NCBI GenBank assembly: GCA_964244895.1
Contig: CAXTKV010000100.1
Coordinates: 1 to 18,483, forward strand
Source of the DNA: an uncultured Deinococcales bacterium
Lineage (GTDB): Bacteria > Deinococcota > Deinococci > Deinococcales > JAAFIG01
Direction of reading: 5' to 3'
Length of the DNA: 18,483 nucleotides
Below are positions 8,668 through 17,321 of this stretch, piece after piece (positions within the stretch are counted from its first letter, which is position 1; each line of letters begins with the position of its first letter). The notes below the pieces were generated by a model, which saw only the letters and a list, made by a program, of their open reading frames with translations, was not told the DNA's origin and searched no databases. A program made the position numbers and the translations under genes.

Positions 8668-8721
8668 CGAGAACACCGTCCAGCACGCATTTAATTAATA
8701 GCGTGCTGGACGGTGTTCTCG
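8668..8721. repeat. REP-like repeat, perfect 21-bp hairpin between convergent genes
   Basis: CGAGAACACCGTCCAGCACGC-ATTTAATTAATA-GCGTGCTGGACGGTGTTCTCG. Confidence 0.9.
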
Positions 8722-8749
8722 AGAGATGGCTCGAAGTTTTATTTGAGCC

Positions 8750-10453
8750 TCACCAACGGATCGGCGTGAAATTCTTGGTGCGCACGCCGTTCGATCCGAC
8801 CTCGGACCAGCCGATGGTCGGCCCGGCGCGGTCGGCGGTGAAGGCCAGCAGCTTCTGCAGGCTGGTGGTGAGCTTCTTGGCGGTGCTGGGTTTCACGTCC
8901 AGCCCGAGCGCGATGCCCGCCTGGAGTTGCTGCGCCAGCGCCTCCGAGCCGTCGCGCAGGTTGCGCGGCAGGTCGGCGTAACTGAATCCGGTCGCGGTCG
9001 GTGGGACGCGGGCGAAGGCGGTCTTGAAGGCGGCGTCCTCGGACAGGCGCGGCCCGCCGCCGAGCGCGGCGATCATCGCGTCATCCGATGTGGCCAAGAG
9101 CAGGAATCCGTCGCGGGTGGCGGCCACGAAGCTGACGCCCTGCGCGACCGGGAATCTCGAGACATCCACCCCGGCGATCTTGGCGCGCGAGGGGCGGTAG
9201 TCCAGCAATTTCTGACCGGCCAACCTGTTGCCCTGCTCGACCAGTCGGGGCAGGATCGCTTCGAGGCTGGATCGGGCGGCAGCCTCGTCGTTGGTGGAAA
9301 TGTACACGACGCTTTCCCCCAGGACGCTGGTGGCGTTCGAGGCGTTCGGGGTGCTGTTGGTCGTGAAGGTCGCGGTGGCGAATTCGCCGGTCATCCAGGA
9401 GAGCGCGACCTTGCGGAAATCCATGCCCAGTTCGCGGCGCAACAACGGGTCCAATCCGCCGGGGTTGAGTTTGGTGCGATCCACCAGGCCGGAGACGTAG
9501 TTGTACCAGGCGGTGGCGTCGCCCGTGCCGGTCGCGAAGCTGGACGCGTTGGCCGGAACCAGGCTGGCGGCCTTGAAGGCGGTGCTGGATCGGGCCGTCA
9601 GCAACTGGTAGAGCGTCTGGTCGCCGCCGCGCGGGTCGGGCGCGAACAGGGTCGTGCTTTCCAGGCCGTCCGGCACGAGCTTCCAGGCCATGCCCAACCG
9701 TCCCAGGGTGGTCAGGGCGCTCAGGATCGGCTCGAGTTGAATGTTAGGCAGTTCGGAACTGAACTCCTTGGCGGCGGCGCGAACCACGCCCGCCAGACCG
9801 CCCAGGTCGGTGTAGATCCGCAGCACGCCGCTGCCCGTACCGTCCATGGCGTTCTTGTAGAGGCTCGAGGCGGCCAGTCCGGGCTGCGCGCTACCACCGA
9901 TGCGCTTCAGAAATCCAGCCAGCATGTTCAGGTCGCTGGCGGCGTAGGCGATACCGCCCTGGTAGCCCATCGACATCGGCAGGGGGCCAGTACCGACCGT
10001 GTAGATCGGGAAGCCGCCCGCTTTGGCAGTCGAGATTTTTTCGCCTTTCTTGCGTCCATCGTTCAGGCTGTCCTGGAGCCATTTCTTGACTTTCGCGTCC
10101 GCCCCGAGCGATGGGCGGGCCACCAGCAAGATTTGCGGCTCGAGCTTTTTGGGATCGAGGTACACGGCCACCAGCCCCTCGCGGTCGATCAGGCTCCCGA
10201 GGTCGTTCAGGGTTGTCTGGGCCTGACGGCGTTCGGAGGCGGAAACGTCCATCGCCTCGATCACCGTGTCCACCAGTTTGAGCTGCTCGACCTGCGCCAC
10301 GAACGCGCCCGCCGTCTTGCGCGCACTCGCCAGGTCGGTCAGTTCGATGGCGGCCAGCGCTCCGGGCGGTGCGAAGGTGCTCAGGGATTGGGCGGTGGCG
10401 TTGGCAGTGAACGCCAACGCGAGAAAGATGCCGATGCGGAACGGGTTTTTCAT
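8750..10453 (-). CDS. Exported protein, DUF3352-like
   Basis: Signal peptide MKNPFRIGIFLALAFTANATA; ASLVPANA and LSWMTGEFA segments plus 567-aa length recall DUF3352; GGAGG RBS (10459-10463, minus) and ATGA overlap with the upstream gene. Confidence 0.6.
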   Translation of the reverse strand: MKNPFRIGIFLALAFTANATAQSLSTFAPPGALAAIELTDLASARKTAGAFVAQVEQLKLVDTVIEAMDVSASERRQAQTTLNDLGSLIDREGLVAVYLDPKKLEPQILLVARPSLGADAKVKKWLQDSLNDGRKKGEKISTAKAGGFPIYTVGTGPLPMSMGYQGGIAYAASDLNMLAGFLKRIGGSAQPGLAASSLYKNAMDGTGSGVLRIYTDLGGLAGVVRAAAKEFSSELPNIQLEPILSALTTLGRLGMAWKLVPDGLESTTLFAPDPRGGDQTLYQLLTARSSTAFKAASLVPANASSFATGTGDATAWYNYVSGLVDRTKLNPGGLDPLLRRELGMDFRKVALSWMTGEFATATFTTNSTPNASNATSVLGESVVYISTNDEAAARSSLEAILPRLVEQGNRLAGQKLLDYRPSRAKIAGVDVSRFPVAQGVSFVAATRDGFLLLATSDDAMIAALGGGPRLSEDAAFKTAFARVPPTATGFSYADLPRNLRDGSEALAQQLQAGIALGLDVKPSTAKKLTTSLQKLLAFTADRAGPTIGWSEVGSNGVRTKNFTPIRW

Positions 10454-13062
10454 GGGAACCTCCGGGATGGTTCTGAACGGGATGCGTTGGCGGCGAACGG
10501 GCTGGGATCGAACGAATGTGCGGTTGGGCTCGAGCGCAGACCGTCGAGCAGGGGGATGGACGAGATCAGGTACACGAAAAATCCGCCGTAGCTGTCGAAA
10601 CCGATTTCAAAACCCAGTCTGAGCGGGGCGGCGTAAATCGCGTAGGCGTCGGCCAGCACTTGCGCGCCGCCGCCGATGCTGCCGCCCAGCCCGATGCGGG
10701 AAAGCTGGACGAACGGGCGGATGGTAAAGCGCTCGATGCCGTGAATACCGTCGCCCAGACGCCAGGACGTGCGGAAGGTGAACTGACTCGAAAGGCGCAG
10801 ATCGCCGGTGCTGTAGCCGGTTCGAGCCTCCGGATAGGCGCGCAGCGTGCCCTCCAGGGGCACGTCCAGCACGGAGCCCGCCGCCGTGAACTGCGCCCCG
10901 AAGCCGAGCCGCGTGGTCGCAAAGCCGGAAAAAGCCCAGCCGCGCGTGGTGTAACCGAAGGCGTCCGTCTCGAGGTTCTTGGCGCTCAGGCTGAGTCCTC
11001 CGACGATGCCGCGCTGGTCGAGCCTGCCGTAGGGCGTGAGCTGGTATTCGAGCGCGCCCAGAAAGCCGAATTCCGCGCTGCCCTGCACGGTGGCAGAGAG
11101 CGTGCCCCGAGGCCCGTATCCGTCCCAGGTGGCGCTGGCGTCGGCGTGCCAGTCGAGCGAGGGCGCGAAGCTGTAGGTCGCGTTCAGATCCGGTCGAACA
11201 CCGATGCTACCCGCGCCAAGCGTCGGTGCGACCCCCGCCGAGATCGTCCAGGTGTGAATGCCCGCCGCGTCCGCGCCGTAGACGGTCGCGCCCAGTCCAC
11301 CGGGCGTGATCGGCGTCCAGAACAACGGCGCGAGGTTCGGCGCGTAGGCTTCAATCGGGTACTCGAGCCCTGCGGGGGCAGTAAAGGCGTCCGGCTCGAG
11401 CTTCTGGAATTCGGTTGACTTCCCGGCGGTCTGAGAGGCGATTCGGACCTCCACGCCGGAGGCCGTGTACGACCCGAACGCGAGTTGCCCGCTCGGGGAA
11501 AAACTGACGCCGTACGCGCCGCCCGGCGCGGCGGTCAACTGGCTGAAACCCGCACCGTCCGGGGTTGCACGGTACGCCTGGAACGTCCCGGAACGGTCGG
11601 AGATGAACGCCAGCGAGCCGTCATTCGTCCAGGTCGGGGATTGATCCTGTGCGGCGTCGGAAGTCACGAAGCGGAGCTGACTTTTTTCCAGCACGGCCAC
11701 GTCCAGAAAGCCGCCGGGACGCCAGACGCTCATGGCGATGGCCTGACCACGCGGTGCGGGCTGCGCGATGTGCCAGCCTTCGGGGGCGGTGTACATGACG
11801 GTTTCGCCGTCGCTGCACAGTCGGCGCAGGCTGGACGAATCCACGACATCCTCGACGTAGAGCGCGCAATCGCCATCCGCCACGGCGTCGCGGGCTCGAG
11901 CCTGGGAGGTCAGGCGCGTTTCCTTGCCGTCTGCGTCCAATCGGTAGACCTCACCGAAGGTTCTGGAACCTTCCTCGGTCAGCCTGGAGTAGACCAGCGA
12001 TCCGTCCCGCGCCCACGATAGGCGGTCGGGCCGCGAGGGCAAGTCGCGCGGCTGAAACGCCACGTGTTGCCCGGTTCTCGAGACCACCTTGACGGTGCGC
12101 CCGCTGCGGTAGGCCAGCGCGTCGTCATCGCGCCAGGCGGGGCCGGAACCGCCGGTCAGCGCCGCGCCGGACGGCAAGCCCATTTGCTCAAGTGCCAGCG
12201 CTTCCTGTTTCGCGCGCTCGAGTTCCTGGGCGCTCCAGGCGTCCCACAACGGTTCCAGCCTCGAGCCGAGGGCCGCCTGCCACGCATCGGAAAAGTCATA
12301 GCCGCCCAGGTTGTACGTGGCGATCGCGCGGCGGATGCCTTCCTCACCGTACTTGCCGACCAGAAACGGCACGAAACCCGCGCCGAAGGCGTAGCGCGTC
12401 GTGCCGTAAGGCCAGCGCTCGAGGGGCTGGATGGACGCGTCCGACAGGCTCGGCCAGGTTCCGCCGCGGGCCATCTGCGCCCGAAGCGTGCGGGTGGTCG
12501 CGTCCCGACCGCGACCGCCGCGCGTCAGCTCCGTCTCGAGGTACACGGCGTACCCTTCTATGAACCAGGCCGGAGGGGTGCGGGCATCCGTCACGCCGGG
12601 AATCTGGCCGAACACGCCGCGCAGCGCGTCGCGGGTCGCGTCGTGGGTGGAAAGGTGCGCCACGTGCGTGAACTCGTGACCGACCAGCACGCGCAGCGCG
12701 TCCTCCCATTGGGCACCGATGTCGTTCGGGCGCGGGAAGGTCGCGTAGACGCGCACGAACGGGTACGGGCCGGGCACGGCGTACCCGTTGAACGAATCCG
12801 TCTCGTCGTTGACGATGATGAACGTGCGCCCCGGATCGTTGCCGACCGCACCGATCACGCGCTGGCGGATGCTTTCGGCGGCGGCGGCCACGCGGCGCGC
12901 GTAGGCTTCCAGGCGCGGCGGGTGGATCACCGAAAAATGCGGCGCGACCACGACCGCGAGCGGCAATTCGGCTCCCTTGCCGGAGAGCACCTGCGCCCCC
13001 ACCCCGCCAGAAAACGCGCCGCCAGACAGAGCGACGAGAAGGGCGAGACGGCGGAAGCTCAC
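10450..13062 (-). CDS. Exported multidomain protein: HExxH zinc-peptidase domain, TolB/PD40-like beta-propeller, putative C-terminal beta-barrel
   Basis: Signal peptide; GHEFTHVAH (HEFTH at 12664-12678) plus PAWFIEGYAVY (gluzincin-type third ligand); propeller repeats (DQSPTWTNDGSLAFISDRSG; YGVSFSPSGQLAF); Gly/aromatic alternating strands at the C-terminus. TACGAT (13069-13074, minus) 6 nt before the GTG. Confidence 0.75.
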   Translation of the reverse strand: MSFRRLALLVALSGGAFSGGVGAQVLSGKGAELPLAVVVAPHFSVIHPPRLEAYARRVAAAAESIRQRVIGAVGNDPGRTFIIVNDETDSFNGYAVPGPYPFVRVYATFPRPNDIGAQWEDALRVLVGHEFTHVAHLSTHDATRDALRGVFGQIPGVTDARTPPAWFIEGYAVYLETELTRGGRGRDATTRTLRAQMARGGTWPSLSDASIQPLERWPYGTTRYAFGAGFVPFLVGKYGEEGIRRAIATYNLGGYDFSDAWQAALGSRLEPLWDAWSAQELERAKQEALALEQMGLPSGAALTGGSGPAWRDDDALAYRSGRTVKVVSRTGQHVAFQPRDLPSRPDRLSWARDGSLVYSRLTEEGSRTFGEVYRLDADGKETRLTSQARARDAVADGDCALYVEDVVDSSSLRRLCSDGETVMYTAPEGWHIAQPAPRGQAIAMSVWRPGGFLDVAVLEKSQLRFVTSDAAQDQSPTWTNDGSLAFISDRSGTFQAYRATPDGAGFSQLTAAPGGAYGVSFSPSGQLAFGSYTASGVEVRIASQTAGKSTEFQKLEPDAFTAPAGLEYPIEAYAPNLAPLFWTPITPGGLGATVYGADAAGIHTWTISAGVAPTLGAGSIGVRPDLNATYSFAPSLDWHADASATWDGYGPRGTLSATVQGSAEFGFLGALEYQLTPYGRLDQRGIVGGLSLSAKNLETDAFGYTTRGWAFSGFATTRLGFGAQFTAAGSVLDVPLEGTLRAYPEARTGYSTGDLRLSSQFTFRTSWRLGDGIHGIERFTIRPFVQLSRIGLGGSIGGGAQVLADAYAIYAAPLRLGFEIGFDSYGGFFVYLISSIPLLDGLRSSPTAHSFDPSPFAANASRSEPSRRFP

Positions 13063-13162
13063 CCGTTCATCGTACCGAGGCGGGCTGTTCTGAATCCGGA
13101 AAATGACCCGTTCCCCGCGAGAACCCCCTCGAGTTCTCGAGACTTTCGTTGCGATCTCGAGA

Positions 13163-13220
13163 GATACCGTCCCAGACGCGGTTTCTCGATACGCAGAAAA
13201 CGCCGTCTGGGACGGTGCTC
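13163..13220. repeat. REP-like repeat pair (CCCAG/CTGGG variant) in a divergent intergenic region
   Basis: GATACCGTCCCAGACGCG (13163-13180) and AAAACGCCGT-CTGGG-ACGGTGCTC (13197-13220). Confidence 0.75.
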
Positions 13221-13482
13221 ATGCTCGTGCGCTAACCATGATGCTCGAGGAAATCCAAACAACCCACACAAACCGTATACGTTTTGAAGCCACCAACCGC
13301 CAGCACCGACCGCCAGGGCTCGCAAAAAACCGTCGAATCCATCAGCTTTCGATCAAGAATGTGTGCAGCGTGGGTTTTCGGCAAAGTCGGCCACGGAGAA
13401 GCGCTATACTTCACCCGAGCGTCGGATTCGAGCCGGGGGGCTCGACCCAGACGCGATTCCGACACCCATTGGGAGGGGAACG

Positions 13483-16371
13483 GTGCAGATTCGTCGCCAG
13501 TTGTTCCGAACCCAGATCTTTTCCTGGGGCATCACGCTCATCGTGGGCGTGATCGTCTTGGTCGGGTTGTCGCGTCAGGTGATGTTCGGGCAGCTCCGGG
13601 ATCGGTACCAGACCGAACTGGCGCAACTCGAGACGATTCGCGGCAGCCTCTTGGGGGTCGGCTCGAGCGTGCGCAATTTCGTCCTGGACGGTTCAGATCA
13701 GAGCTTAGAGCCGTACAGGCGAACGCAGGTGGCACTGCCCAAAGAACTCGATACCTTAGCGGATCTCAATCCGCCGAACACACCGGATTTCGAGGCGCAC
13801 CGCCAGATCATCGAAACCCTCCGGCGGCGCGTTCAGACCTGGGTCACGGAAGTCGCCGAACCCGTCATTCGCGACCGCCGCATCAGCCCGGAGCGCGGCC
13901 AGGCGACCTTGTTGAACGTCCAGAGCCTAGAGAGCGTCGTGCTGGACGAGACGACCGCTAACCTCTCGCAGTACCGTCAGGACGCACTGGACAACCTGGA
14001 CATCCAGCACGCCCAGGCCGACCTGGAATTCCGCGCGCTGGTCTGGCTGATCATTTTGTGGGTCATCGGCGCGGTCGTGCCGTCGGTGGTCGGCTGGTTC
14101 TTCTCGACGCGGCACATCGCGCACTCGCTCGAGCGGCTGGCGGGCGGCGCACGCCGGCTGGCCGAGGGCGACCTGACCAGCCGCGTCAACGAAACCAGCT
14201 CGCTCGAGGTGGCGCAGTTGGGTTCGGCGCTGAACGACCTGGCCGACCAGCTCGAGCTGTCCCAGTCCGATCTGGAGGCGCGCAACGCGGAATTGCGCCA
14301 GTACGCCTCGAGCCTGGAACAGGCGACCGTCTTCGAGCGCTCCTATTCGCAGACCTTGCGGGTCTTCACCTCCAGCTACGACCGCTCGCACACGCTCTCG
14401 GAAGTCCTGCGGTTGCTGGCCGAATCGCACGGCTTCGAGATCGGCGCGGTCTACCGTTTCGACGAGGTGCTGAACCGTTTCGAGCTGTCCGCCTCGCGCG
14501 GCGCGGCGCGCGGCTTGGAGGATCGTTTCGGGCTGCACGAGAGCCTGGTCGGTCAGGCGGCACTGGATCGGCGAACCGTGGTGCTCGAGGACGCACCGTT
14601 GATCACGCTGCACACCGGCCTGGGGCGCGGCCCGATCCGCTTCACCGTGATCCAGCCGATGAACTACCAGGATCGGATTCTGGGCGCGATCGTGCTGGGT
14701 CACCCGCAACGACCGGACGCGAGCGCCATCGCGTTTCTCGAGCAGATCAGCCAGCAGTTGGGAATTGCGCTGTTGAACCTCGACCAGTACGGCAATCTGC
14801 AGCGTCTGTCATTGGAATTGCAGGAGCGCCAGGACGAGATCGAGATCAAGAACCGCGACCTGGAGCGGGCGGACAAGCTCAAGACCGAATTCCTGGCCAA
14901 CATGAGCCACGAACTGCGCACGCCCCTGAACGCCGTGATCGGTTTTTCCCAGTTGCTCGATCAGCAATTTTACGGGGCGCTCAACGACAAGCAGGTCGAG
15001 TACGTCTCCGAAATTCAGTCGGCGGGCGAACACCTGCTGGAACTGATCAACGACATCCTGGATCTGTCCAAGATCGAGGCGGGCCGGATGGAACTCGACA
15101 CCGAAGAGCTCGAGTTGAAGCCCCTGCTGGAATCTTGCGTGCGGTTGGTGCGCGAACGCGCCGTGCGCGCGGGTCTGGATCTGGTGTGCGATGTCGCAGA
15201 AGGCATTCCGGTCGTGGCAGACGCGCGAAAGCTCAAACAGATCGTGGTCAACCTGCTCTCGAACGCCGTCAAGTTCACCCCCTCGGGCGGCAGCGTCCGA
15301 TTGCGCGCCTACCAGCTCAAACGAAGCCGCGAGGCGCAGCAGTTGAACTCCGGGCGGCGCGGCGAGTGGTTCGAGATCGCCGTCACGGATACAGGCATCG
15401 GCATCAACCCGGAGGATCAGGAAAAACTCTTCACGGCCTTCATGCAAGTCGACGGTTCGCTGGCCCGCAGGCACGAGGGCACGGGCCTGGGGTTGGCGCT
15501 CTCCAAACGTCTGGCGGAACTGCACGGCGGCACGATCACGATCAAAAGCGAGATCGGCAAGGGCAGCACCTTCACGGCCCGATTGCCCCTCAAACCGCGA
15601 CCACCCGGCGAACCGCAAATCGACGCACCGCTGGTGCTGATCGTCGAGGACGACGACCGCAGCGCCGACCTGATCCGGGCGCACCTGGAAAGCACCGGCT
15701 ACCGCACCGCCCGCGCCCGCAACGGACGCGAGGGGCTAGATCAGGCAGCGATGCTGAAGCCCGACGCGATCACGCTCGATCTGGTCATGCCGGTGCTGGA
15801 CGGCTGGGGGTTCCTGGAGCAGATCAGCCTGGATGTCAACCTGGATCGGATTCCGGTGATCGTGGTCAGCGTGGCGCAGGATCTCGAGCACGGCGTGGCG
15901 CTGGGTGCGGCGGGCGTGGTCAGCAAACCGATCACGCGCGAATCGCTGCTGGGCGCATTACTGAAGGCCGGACTGCCCGGCGCGACCCAGGACGCCCGCG
16001 TGCTGATCGTGGACGACGACGCGGCGGCCTTAGATCGCGTGGCGGGCATCCTCGAGCCGCTGGGCTTTCGCGTGACGCGCGCCGCCAGCGGCAGCGAAGG
16101 GCTCGAGATCGCCGGGCGCGAGCAACCCGACCTGGTGATCCTGGATCTGGTGAACGCCATGAGCGGCTTCGCGGTGGCCGAAGCCCTGCGCGCCCAGGCC
16201 GACACGCGCGAGATTCCCGTGGTCGTGCTGACCGCTCGCAACCTGACGGATGACGACCGCATGCGCCTGAACGGGCTGGTGGCGGGCATCGTCGAGAAGA
16301 CCAGCTTGGATCGCGCTGATCTCCTGAACGAAGTCAGTCGCGCGCTGCGTTCGATGGAAGTTCCTGCGTGA
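13483..16371 (+). CDS. Hybrid sensor histidine kinase: TM-CHASE3-like-TM-HAMP-GAF-HisKA-HATPase-REC-REC
   Basis: H-box FLANMSHELRTPLNAV, N-box QIVVNLLSNAVKFT, DTGIGI, GTGLGL, GKGSTF; two receivers (LIVEDD..DAITLDLVMP; LIVDDD..DLVILDL). GTG 13483 follows GGGAGGGG; candidate -10 TATACT at 13405-13410. Confidence 0.92.
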   Translation: MQIRRQLFRTQIFSWGITLIVGVIVLVGLSRQVMFGQLRDRYQTELAQLETIRGSLLGVGSSVRNFVLDGSDQSLEPYRRTQVALPKELDTLADLNPPNTPDFEAHRQIIETLRRRVQTWVTEVAEPVIRDRRISPERGQATLLNVQSLESVVLDETTANLSQYRQDALDNLDIQHAQADLEFRALVWLIILWVIGAVVPSVVGWFFSTRHIAHSLERLAGGARRLAEGDLTSRVNETSSLEVAQLGSALNDLADQLELSQSDLEARNAELRQYASSLEQATVFERSYSQTLRVFTSSYDRSHTLSEVLRLLAESHGFEIGAVYRFDEVLNRFELSASRGAARGLEDRFGLHESLVGQAALDRRTVVLEDAPLITLHTGLGRGPIRFTVIQPMNYQDRILGAIVLGHPQRPDASAIAFLEQISQQLGIALLNLDQYGNLQRLSLELQERQDEIEIKNRDLERADKLKTEFLANMSHELRTPLNAVIGFSQLLDQQFYGALNDKQVEYVSEIQSAGEHLLELINDILDLSKIEAGRMELDTEELELKPLLESCVRLVRERAVRAGLDLVCDVAEGIPVVADARKLKQIVVNLLSNAVKFTPSGGSVRLRAYQLKRSREAQQLNSGRRGEWFEIAVTDTGIGINPEDQEKLFTAFMQVDGSLARRHEGTGLGLALSKRLAELHGGTITIKSEIGKGSTFTARLPLKPRPPGEPQIDAPLVLIVEDDDRSADLIRAHLESTGYRTARARNGREGLDQAAMLKPDAITLDLVMPVLDGWGFLEQISLDVNLDRIPVIVVSVAQDLEHGVALGAAGVVSKPITRESLLGALLKAGLPGATQDARVLIVDDDAAALDRVAGILEPLGFRVTRAASGSEGLEIAGREQPDLVILDLVNAMSGFAVAEALRAQADTREIPVVVLTARNLTDDDRMRLNGLVAGIVEKTSLDRADLLNEVSRALRSMEVPA

Positions 16372-16439
16372 CTCCGACCCGCGAGGTTCTCGTGACTCCG
16401 ACCCGCAAGGTTCTCGTGACTTTGACCCGCAAGGTTCTC
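16368..16439 (+). repeat. Tandem repeat, 3 x 24 nt (GTGACTCCGACCCGCRAGGTTCTC)
   Basis: Units at 16368-16391, 16392-16415 and 16416-16439, with 1 and 2 differences between neighbouring units. Confidence 0.95.
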
Positions 16440-16445
16440 AGGTGA
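16368..16445 (+). CDS. Possible 25-aa linker mini-ORF MTPTREVLVTPTRKVLVTLTRKVLR
   Basis: GTG 16368 overlaps the kinase TGA (16369-16371); its TGA (16443-16445) overlaps the regulator GTG (16442). Confidence 0.4.
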   Translation: MTPTREVLVTPTRKVLVTLTRKVLR

Positions 16446-16828
16446 TACCGGCCAGTGGTTCCAGCCCGCTGGTGCTGGTCGTGGATGACAACCCGACCAA
16501 CCTGCGCTTGCTCGGCGGCGTGCTGGAAACCCAGGGCTACAGGCTGCTCGAGGCGACCGACGGCGCGCAGGCGCTCGAGGTGCTGGAACGCGAGACGCCC
16601 GACCTGGTGCTCTTGGACATTCAGATGCCCGACGTGTCCGGCACGGAAGTCGCGCAGCGCGTGCGCACCAACCCGCGCACCGCGCACCTGAAGCTCGTGG
16701 CGATCACGGCGCTGGCCATGCCTGGCGACCGCGAGACGATCCTGAAATCCGGGTTCAACGATTACATCGCCAAGCCGTACCGGATCGCGGACGTGCTGGC
16801 GACGGTCAAGCGCTGGCTCGAGCGTTAA
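16442..16828 (+). CDS. Single-domain response regulator (CheY/DivK-like)
   Basis: LVVDDNPTN, PDLVLLDIQMPDVSG, VAITALAMPGD, DYIAKP; no output domain. Confidence 0.92.
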   Translation: MIPASGSSPLVLVVDDNPTNLRLLGGVLETQGYRLLEATDGAQALEVLERETPDLVLLDIQMPDVSGTEVAQRVRTNPRTAHLKLVAITALAMPGDRETILKSGFNDYIAKPYRIADVLATVKRWLER

Positions 16829-16847
16829 TCGTTGTTTCAAGATCAAA

Positions 16848-16894
16848 AACACCGTCCAGCACGCACTTTCAAGAACACGTACCGGACGGTGTTC
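16848..16894. repeat. REP-like repeat hairpin after the response regulator
   Basis: AACACCGTCCAGCACG ... CGTACCGGACGGTGTTC. Confidence 0.8.
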
Positions 16895-16945
16895 TCGGTG
16901 ATTAGACCTCTTGCGAACGTCAGTTTCGAGAACGTGTTGACGCGA

Positions 16946-17008
16946 GGGCAACCGTGAAGGTTGCCCCTACAGGACAGGATGTTGTAGGGGTAGGGCTTGT
17001 CCTTACCC
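16946..17008. repeat. GTAG-family REP doublet (second, distinct repeat family)
   Basis: Minus strand 16946-16970: GTAG-GGGCAACC-TTCAC-GGTTGCCC; plus strand 16984-17008: GTAG-GGGTAGGG-CTTGT-CCTTACCC. Confidence 0.75.
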
Positions 17009-17321
17009 TTCCCTCGGGACGTGTTCGATCACGTTCGCAGAAGGCCCATTGACCGCGAACGATCCGCGACTATCCTCAAGATTGGGCTTCGGGCGAACCT
17101 CAGCACCACCAAAATTGCTGATGCACTCGCCGTCCAGCGAGCGCGGTATCTCGAGACTCGAGCGCGACAAACACTGAGCATCCCGAATGATCCGAACGCG
17201 AGTTGGTCATGAAGATCAGTTCATGTCAGACAACAGACGGGTTCACGGACACCGTTCATACTTCCGGTGAAATCCGCTCGAGCTGAACGCGGTCTCGAGC
17301 CGGAAGATCCACGGGAGTGAC

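Noticed and set aside
13363..13482. Longer N-terminus of the kinase given by the ORF track
   Set aside because: GTG 13483 has a good SD and directly precedes the first TM helix; the extension contains a likely -10 box.
16368..16439. CRISPR array
   Set aside because: Units abut with no spacers and there are no cas genes in the window.
16997..17212. 71-aa ORF downstream of the REP doublet
   Set aside because: Starts inside a REP hairpin; no RBS, -10 box or motif.
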